DNA of 64,000 bases from Bdellovibrionales bacterium (GTDB taxonomy: Bacteria > Bdellovibrionota > UBA1018 > CAIMNF01): contig JBEIJY010000009.1 in assembly GCA_040380025.1 (NCBI GenBank), forward strand, positions 1 to 64,000, read 5' to 3'. The notes beneath the pieces were generated by a model. That model was not told the origin of the DNA, ran no database searches, and worked only from the letters and a program-made list of their open reading frames with translations. This document shows positions 57,788-64,000 of this stretch, piece by piece. The translations under genes and the position numbers were made by a program. The first letter of the stretch is position 1, and every line of letters starts with the position of its first letter.

Positions 57788-58411
57788 TCACCGCTGACCT
57801 GTGATCTTGATCGGGATCAAAAGATCCGGGAGGGATTCCCGTTCCTGCATCCGACGAAAGACCGCATCGGGCAGACCATTGTTCCCTACCCCGGCATCTT
57901 GCTTCCAACGCTGATACGCCTCCCGAACCCAGGCCGGATATGCGGGTTTTCCAGGAATCAAAAAAATTCCCGCTTCGAGGCGGATCATCTGTGTTTCGGG
58001 AGAAACCGTAAAATCGATCGAGTTCATTTCCGGGTTCGCATCGAGCCCCACCTGATGAGGCTCAAACCCCGGCTTGGTCAGAAACACGCCGGTGAGGTCA
58101 ATGTAATATTCCTTCTTCAGCCCGGGCTCGTTCACGACGTAAGGCAACACACCCGCCCGAAGTGCGCTCTGTTCAAGAATCGCCGAATGGACATCGGGAT
58201 TCGAGACATAATACCGGAACACCTCGTCCCGACCGGGCTGATAACGAATGGCGGATCGGGGGAACCCTCGAACCTCGATCACATCCCCCCGTGAGGCACT
58301 CGAATACAAAAGCCGCCATTCCAACGGACCGGAAAGCAAACCGGAGCAATCCTCCTGTGCGCGAACCGAATTGCTGAAGAAAACCAATGAAAGTGCGATC
58401 GCAATCCGCAT
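57788..58411 (-). CDS. Secreted hypothetical protein
   Basis: Signal peptide ending VRA-Q; RBS gggga. Confidence 0.7.
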   Translation of the reverse strand: MRIAIALSLVFFSNSVRAQEDCSGLLSGPLEWRLLYSSASRGDVIEVRGFPRSAIRYQPGRDEVFRYYVSNPDVHSAILEQSALRAGVLPYVVNEPGLKKEYYIDLTGVFLTKPGFEPHQVGLDANPEMNSIDFTVSPETQMIRLEAGIFLIPGKPAYPAWVREAYQRWKQDAGVGNNGLPDAVFRRMQERESLPDLLIPIKITGQR

Positions 58412-58426
58412 TCCCCCGAATCTCCC

Positions 58427-59905
58427 TTATTTCGACGCCGAAGCACTCATGCGCGAAGAGATCTGCTTCACCACCCGGATCGCCGAGACGGCGGCATCGT
58501 CCGAATGGGTACCCTCGGTGAAGTCCCCGGCAAAGTACACGCGTCCCTCGGGGGTACGCATGAGCTCAGACAGGCTGTCGAAGCGGCTTCGCCCCACTGG
58601 CCACCCTGCGATGGCGCGTGGATGATAGCGGTAAAACGTCATGCGCCGGATGTGCTTGCCGAAGCCGGGCCAGATCTTCTCGAACCCGCCGCGGATCATG
58701 CCGCTTACGGTATCGAACGAAATGCTGCGGGAATTGTAGACCTCGGCATGATCTCCGGTGACCAAGAGATTCAGGAGCAAATCGCCTGATTTCTCGGGAA
58801 CAGAGCCCTCGTAGATCACGCCCACCGGGGATCCGCTCAGAATCGGAAGCACACTCTCGTTGTTGACCTTCCAGAAGCGCTCCGCTTCGCGGTCGATCAC
58901 GACATGCGCGGTGAAATACGCGCCCCAGCTTTGGGTTTGAATCGCCTCTTGCCTTTTTGCGGGAAGTTCCGGGGTGAAATGCACCTCGTTCAGACGAAAC
59001 AGCGGAATCGTACTGACCACATGATCGGCCAGAAAAACTTTTTGCTCGAAGGTCGAGGTATCGGTCGCGATCACCTCGACCGAGTCATCTTTTTGATTGA
59101 TATTCGTGACCTGGGTATTCAAAAGAAATCGTTCTTTGCCGAGCTTCGCAGCCACCGCCTCGGCAAAGCTTTGGTTCCCCGCCTTGATGTGAAACGAGCC
59201 GCGGCCCTCTCCCGAACAGAACTGCCACTCGGCAATTCCATCGAGAGCGCTCAATCGGGACCAGGGGGTTCCGTACTCGGGCTCGGACTGCATCCGGATG
59301 AACTCGAGCGTTTTTTTCGAGAGACCGAACTTCTTCTGCGACGCCCATTTCTCGAACGAAATATCCTTCAGCTTCAACAAAGCGGCATCAAGGCCCTTCG
59401 AGCGAATTTGCCGATACAGGGCCGAGACTTCACGATCCCATTCCTGATATTTCTTGTACTCGGCCTCACTCAAAAACGATTTCAGGAACTCCGGATTGGT
59501 GTTTTGGAGGAACGGAATGATTTTTCCCTCATGAAGAAAACTCGAAAATGAGGTGGCAGAAGCCTCGATCGGAAGCTTGAGTTCCCGGATGATCTCGAGG
59601 GCGGGATTCCCTTCCCAGAATTCCTCGAGCCCCACTTCGGCCGAACCCCCGCCCGGATAACTTGCGGTGCGGACTCTGCCTCCGAGCCTCGGAGCAAGCT
59701 CCACGAGCTGAAACCCGATTCCGGCTTTTTCAAGATGCCAAGCGGTGGAGAGTCCTGCAATCCCCCCGCCGATGATCAGCACCGGGACTTTCTTCGGGGC
59801 TTTTGCAGAAGTGACAGATCCCGCGGCGGATGCGGTACCGTACGAAAAACAAAACAGAATCGGAAGCACAAGAAATCGAACAACAAAGGAGAGACCGGAT
59901 TTCAT
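58427..59905 (-). CDS. Secreted flavin monoamine oxidase family protein
   Basis: Signal peptide, IIGGGIAGL, RLGGRV.T, YFAGDFT. Confidence 0.85.
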   Translation of the reverse strand: MKSGLSFVVRFLVLPILFCFSYGTASAAGSVTSAKAPKKVPVLIIGGGIAGLSTAWHLEKAGIGFQLVELAPRLGGRVRTASYPGGGSAEVGLEEFWEGNPALEIIRELKLPIEASATSFSSFLHEGKIIPFLQNTNPEFLKSFLSEAEYKKYQEWDREVSALYRQIRSKGLDAALLKLKDISFEKWASQKKFGLSKKTLEFIRMQSEPEYGTPWSRLSALDGIAEWQFCSGEGRGSFHIKAGNQSFAEAVAAKLGKERFLLNTQVTNINQKDDSVEVIATDTSTFEQKVFLADHVVSTIPLFRLNEVHFTPELPAKRQEAIQTQSWGAYFTAHVVIDREAERFWKVNNESVLPILSGSPVGVIYEGSVPEKSGDLLLNLLVTGDHAEVYNSRSISFDTVSGMIRGGFEKIWPGFGKHIRRMTFYRYHPRAIAGWPVGRSRFDSLSELMRTPEGRVYFAGDFTEGTHSDDAAVSAIRVVKQISSRMSASASK

Positions 59906-59914
59906 GCGGGGACG

Positions 59915-60808
59915 CTAACAGCGCTTCACCAAGCGGTCAATGAGGCGGGACACCTCTTCGTTCGGACCCAAGCTCTGCCGGGTGATGGCATAGAACCGCT
60001 GTTGAATCCGGTCGAGCCGGGCGATCACCTTGAGGTCGCCGCTGGTGATCTCGCGCAAAGCCCCGAGTTCTGGAAGCGCAACCACCGCCCCCGAGCGCAA
60101 GGCAAGGACCCGAAGAAGGGCGATGTCGTCGATTTCTCCGGCGATCCGAAACGGAACCGAAAGATCCTCGAGGAACGCATGGAGTTCGGGTTTGGCCTCG
60201 AACCCCCGTCCCGGGATGAAGAGGGATTTTCCTTTCAGGATCTTTTCGAGGGTGGGCCGTGCCGAGCGCACTTGGCTTTTTTCGACCACAAACACGAGTG
60301 GCGATGAGGCCAGCACCCAAGAACGGAATCCCCGCCCCACCTCGGCTCCCACCCCATGCGAACCGAGCACGACATCGAGCTCGTACTCCGCCAGCATCGA
60401 CAGGAGGTTCCGCGCATCGCCCGCGATCACCTCGAAGCGCACTCCCGGGTTCGAGATCAGGGGCGCCATGAATTGGCACTGGAGGTTTCGCGAGAGTCCG
60501 GAGAGCGCACCGATCCGAATCACCCGGAGCTTCGGAAGCGCACCCTTCGTGGCCCAGTGGAGCAATTCCCGGCTTGTCTCGAAGATCGAATCAGCATACT
60601 CGAGCACCTTCCGGCCCTCGGGCGTGATCTCGGGCCTTCTCGGGTTCGACCGGTCGACAAGCGGCAGCGAGAGCGACTCCTCGAGCTGACGGATCTGCGT
60701 GGTCACCGCCGACTGGGCGATGCCGAGCTCGCGCGCGGTTTTGGTGAAGCTCCCGTTCCGGCCGAAAACCCAATACAAATACAAATGATGATGATTCAGC
60801 CTTTGCAT
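59915..60808 (-). CDS. LysR family regulator, NhaR-like
   Basis: LNHHHLYLYW, QSAVT.QIRQLE, GEIDDIALLR. Confidence 0.88.
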   Translation of the reverse strand: MQRLNHHHLYLYWVFGRNGSFTKTARELGIAQSAVTTQIRQLEESLSLPLVDRSNPRRPEITPEGRKVLEYADSIFETSRELLHWATKGALPKLRVIRIGALSGLSRNLQCQFMAPLISNPGVRFEVIAGDARNLLSMLAEYELDVVLGSHGVGAEVGRGFRSWVLASSPLVFVVEKSQVRSARPTLEKILKGKSLFIPGRGFEAKPELHAFLEDLSVPFRIAGEIDDIALLRVLALRSGAVVALPELGALREITSGDLKVIARLDRIQQRFYAITRQSLGPNEEVSRLIDRLVKRC

Positions 60809-60819
60809 GAATCCTGATT

Positions 60820-60834
60820 ATCTTTTTTATCGAT
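60820..60834. promoter_or_regulatory. Putative LysR binding box (ATC-N9-GAT)
   Basis: ATCTTTTTTATCGAT in the AT-rich divergent intergenic region. Confidence 0.5.
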
Positions 60835-60909
60835 GTTCTTGAACTAAATTATCTATTTTATTTGTATCCCCGCATGAATCATCCTGATTGAAGAGGAGAA
60901 ACCACCAAC

Positions 60910-62358
60910 ATGACCACCCCCAGAATCACAGTTGCCCACGGAGACGGAATCGGACCCGAGATCATGGCCGCGACTCTCGACATTCTTGCCGCCGCCGGCG
61001 CGAACCTGGCCTATGACACGATCGAGATCGGAGAGAAAGTCTATCAGCGGGGCCTGAACGCGGGAATCGAGGACAAAGCCTGGGAGAAACTGGTCGAGAA
61101 CCGGATCTTCCTGAAAGCACCGATCACCACCCCCCAAGGGGGCGGCTTCAAGAGCCTGAATGTGACCGTGCGAAAAAGCCTGGGACTCTATGCGAACGTG
61201 CGCCCCTGCCGCTCCTTCTCGCCCTTCATTCGCACCAAGCACCCGGGCATGGATGTGGTGATCATCCGCGAGAACGAAGAAGACCTGTACGCCGGAATCG
61301 AACACCGCCAGACCGATGAGGTATACCAGTGCCTGAAGGTGATCTCCCGCCCCGGATGCGAGAAGATCGTGCGCTATGCCTTTGAATACGCCAAACGCTC
61401 GGGACGCAAAAAAGTCACCTGCTTCACCAAAGACAACATCATGAAGATGACCGACGGGCTTTTTCATAAAGTGTTCGATGAAATCGGCGCGGAATACCCC
61501 GCGCTCGAAAAAGAGCACTGGATTGTCGACATCGGTGCCGCGAAACTTGCCGACACCCCCGAGGTGTTCGACGTGATCGTCATGCCGAACCTGTATGGCG
61601 ATATTCTGAGCGATGTGGCGGCCCAGATCGCGGGCTCGGTCGGACTGGCCGGCTCCTCGAACATCGGCGAGCATTGCTCGATGTTCGAAGCGATTCACGG
61701 CTCGGCACCCCGACGCGCAGGACAAGACCTCGCGAACCCGAGCGGACTCCTGCTCGGAGCAGTCCAGATGCTGGTGCACATGGGGCAGGGAAAAGCCGCC
61801 GAGAAGATCCATAATGCTTGGCTGAAGACCATCGAGGACGGCGTTCACACCTATGATATTTTTCAGGAAGGTCTGAGCAAAAAGAAAGCCGGAACCAAGG
61901 AATTCGCAAAGGCAATCGTGGAGCGTCTGGGCGAGGAGCCCGCGAAACTGACTCGCGCCTCGTACCCCGCGACCGAGCCTCTTCGTTTGGTGTACAAGCC
62001 CGGCTCCACTGCGCCCGCAAAAAAACAGCTGGCAGGCGTGGATGTCTTCGTTCATGAACGGAACAGGAACCCGGCGGCGCTTGCGGAACGAGTGAATCAA
62101 GCGATCGGAGCAAGCCCGCTTGAGCTGCAAATGATCACGAACCGCGGAGTGAAGGTGTTCCCGCAGGGGCTGAAGGAAACCTTCTGTACCGATCACTGGC
62201 GGTGCCGGTTCACGGCAAAGAACGGGGCGGTCGTCACCCCGGACCTGATCTGGAAGCTCATGCGCGACCTCGAAGCAGGCAAGATCGACACCATCAAAAC
62301 CGAGAACCTCTACCTGTTTGACGGAGAAAAAGGATTCTCGCTTGGGCAAGGGCAGTAA
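60910..62358 (+). CDS. icd: NADP-dependent isocitrate dehydrogenase (long form with C-terminal extension)
   Basis: GDGIGPEIM, KAPITTP, IRENEEDLY, NLYGDILSD, FEAIHGSAP, TDHWRCRF. Confidence 0.95.
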   Translation: MTTPRITVAHGDGIGPEIMAATLDILAAAGANLAYDTIEIGEKVYQRGLNAGIEDKAWEKLVENRIFLKAPITTPQGGGFKSLNVTVRKSLGLYANVRPCRSFSPFIRTKHPGMDVVIIRENEEDLYAGIEHRQTDEVYQCLKVISRPGCEKIVRYAFEYAKRSGRKKVTCFTKDNIMKMTDGLFHKVFDEIGAEYPALEKEHWIVDIGAAKLADTPEVFDVIVMPNLYGDILSDVAAQIAGSVGLAGSSNIGEHCSMFEAIHGSAPRRAGQDLANPSGLLLGAVQMLVHMGQGKAAEKIHNAWLKTIEDGVHTYDIFQEGLSKKKAGTKEFAKAIVERLGEEPAKLTRASYPATEPLRLVYKPGSTAPAKKQLAGVDVFVHERNRNPAALAERVNQAIGASPLELQMITNRGVKVFPQGLKETFCTDHWRCRFTAKNGAVVTPDLIWKLMRDLEAGKIDTIKTENLYLFDGEKGFSLGQGQ

Positions 62359-63202
62359 GCGTCATCCTTACGCAGGTCACACGGTCTTTCTCGGAACCCT
62401 CCACGAGAAAGACCGTGCGATCCGTCCCGCGCTCGATTTGCTGGAGCTAAGGTGCGAACCGGTCGCGATCGACTCCGACCGGTTCGGCTCGTTTTGCGGC
62501 TCGATTGCGCGCACAGGTACCGTGCTCGAAACCCTGCGAAAAAAGGTCGACGCCGTGGCGGTGCTCCTTCCCGAAGCGCGGTTTGTGATGGCAAGCGAGG
62601 GGAGCTTCGGACCGCATCCGGCCTTTGGGATCATCGCTTGCGATCATGAGGCGCTGTTGCTCGTGGATCGATTGCAACACCGGGAATTTTACGCCGAAAC
62701 GGTGTCTCTGCGGGTGAAGAACCGCGAAATCGAATTTGGACCGCACGACGATCTTGATCGAGCACTTGCAGAACTGGGCGCGCCAGAGCATGCGGTACTC
62801 GTGCGCCCGAAGGGGGCATCAGAGCCCATCGCAAAAGGTCTTCGCAAGCGCACCGAGATCGCGCGGACCATGGTCGAGTGCTTTGCCCGAAGTCCTGAGG
62901 CGAGGGTGCTCATTTCGAACGATCTGCGGGCCCATCAAAACCCGACCCGCATGCGGGCAATCGCTGAAGCGGCCGGGAATCTGGTCGAGAAGCTTTCTTC
63001 TTTTTGCCCGAAATGCACAGCACCCGGGTTCTGGTCGATCCGACGAAGAACCGGGCTTCGGTGCCGGGCCTGCGGGAGCAAAACGCATAAAACCATCGGC
63101 CATGAGTGGCTGTGCGGGGCGTGCGGCCATGAGGAATTCCGCGAGAACGGCAATGCCTCGCTCGGGGCGGAGCCCGGGGATTGCCCGGAGTGCAATCCGT
63201 GA
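62342..63202 (+). CDS. DUF6671-like Cys-rich protein
   Basis: T.H.K, D.FG.F.G.I.R, ASEGSFGPHP, DLRAHQNPTRM, CPKC..PG, CPECNP; TTG start uncertain (62318 or 62342). Confidence 0.8.
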   Translation: MGKGSKRHPYAGHTVFLGTLHEKDRAIRPALDLLELRCEPVAIDSDRFGSFCGSIARTGTVLETLRKKVDAVAVLLPEARFVMASEGSFGPHPAFGIIACDHEALLLVDRLQHREFYAETVSLRVKNREIEFGPHDDLDRALAELGAPEHAVLVRPKGASEPIAKGLRKRTEIARTMVECFARSPEARVLISNDLRAHQNPTRMRAIAEAAGNLVEKLSSFCPKCTAPGFWSIRRRTGLRCRACGSKTHKTIGHEWLCGACGHEEFRENGNASLGAEPGDCPECNP

Positions 63203-63203
63203 C

Positions 63204-63590
63204 TCAGTCGCGACAAACCGGCAGAGCCCGATCGAGCTTTTGATAGGCCTTCGAGAAGGCCTTCGCAAAATCCCGAACCGAACACAGCTGAGTCAGGCAG
63301 ATCACCGTGCTTTCGCCCCGGTACTCACCGAGCTCGAGCACCGCGCGGGCCCAGTGAAACCGCGCACGAGACACATCCTCGCCGATGATCCGAAGCTCGG
63401 CGTCGGCCTCATTCGGGCTCGGGACCTCGACATACCCGTGCGACTCAAGGAGCTTCGAAAAATCAAAGCCGATGGGATGTCCCTCATAGAGGAATTCCCG
63501 TTCGGACACAAACACGCGGCAAGCGGCCTGGGAATCAAGGGCGGGAAGGAGCGCAAGAACGACCAGGAGGCAACGAAGGATCCAGTTCAT
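63204..63590 (-). CDS. Secreted hypothetical protein
   Basis: Signal peptide ending SQA-A, four Cys in the mature part. Confidence 0.65.
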   Translation of the reverse strand: MNWILRCLLVVLALLPALDSQAACRVFVSEREFLYEGHPIGFDFSKLLESHGYVEVPSPNEADAELRIIGEDVSRARFHWARAVLELGEYRGESTVICLTQLCSVRDFAKAFSKAYQKLDRALPVCRD

Positions 63591-63664
63591 GGCGCGAGGG
63601 TAAACCAAAGCGGTGGAATTGCAAAGACCACAAACTGCACCCTTTGGTTGTGCTTGGGTTGTCA

Positions 63665-63797
63665 CTCAGAGTGCGGGAGGGGCCCGATAGGATTCGGCTT
63701 TTACCTCCGAGCCGGGTCCTCCGGCCTCGCTCTCGCCATCCTGGCTCGCGAGAGTCGGCAAAAACCGAATCCTATCGGGCCCCTCCCCCACTCTGAG
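63665..63797. repeat. Palindromic element, copy C (33-bp inverted arms, 1 mismatch; core 63702-63760)
   Basis: 63665-63697 pairs with 63765-63797; core shared with copies A and B. Confidence 0.9.
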
Positions 63798-63878
63798 GAC
63801 ACCAGAAAGCACAATCAAATGGGGCAGTTCGGGGTTTTTCGCTTCCCAATTCGCCGTTTTTCCCCGAAAACCTCTGCC

Positions 63879-64000
63879 ATGCTTCGGCGACTCATCTCAT
63901 TCCTCCCCCTTTTCCTTCTTTTCGTTCTTCCCGCGCTCGAATCCCGAGCGCAAGAAAACCTTCCCGTGCCGATCCGGCCGGCCCTGCTCGAATGCAATAC
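63879..64000 (+). CDS. 5' part of a probable secreted protein (runs off the window)
   Basis: MLRRLISFLPLFLLFVLPALESRAQ signal-peptide-like start; open to the window end. Confidence 0.55.
   Translation, partial: MLRRLISFLPLFLLFVLPALESRAQENLPVPIRPALLECN

Noticed and set aside
60853..62349. 498-aa minus-strand ORF
   Set aside because: Antisense shadow of icd

Overview
Bacterial chromosomal DNA, GC-rich and gene-dense, most consistent with a Bdellovibrionota-like organism (inferred from gene content: DUF3015/DUF4105 pair, Bd1075-like L,D-carboxypeptidase, long LptC/A protein). It holds mostly housekeeping genes: tcdA, tatD, folE, thiolase, an amine/amino-acid catabolic operon, oxyR, rpsU-yqeY-dnaG-rpoD, lptC/A-lptB-rpoN, tRNA-Pro, pyk, mpl, ssb, psd, rsmB, sppA, tRNA-Glu and icd. 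A more accessory-looking region follows tRNA-Glu. No transposase, integrase, CRISPR array or rRNA was seen. The most unusual signals are non-coding. (1) Three dispersed elements (1-107, 5380-5555, 63665-63797) share a conserved ~60-nt folded core with compensatory changes, but each is enclosed by long near-perfect inverted arms of unrelated sequence. (2) The same core module sits inside a duplicated tRNA-Glu 3' end that is split in its T-loop by a 100-nt insert. (3) A candidate sRNA with a poly-C loop has its own promoter and terminator (about 27245-27358). All product names come from motif recognition by eye; no database search was run.
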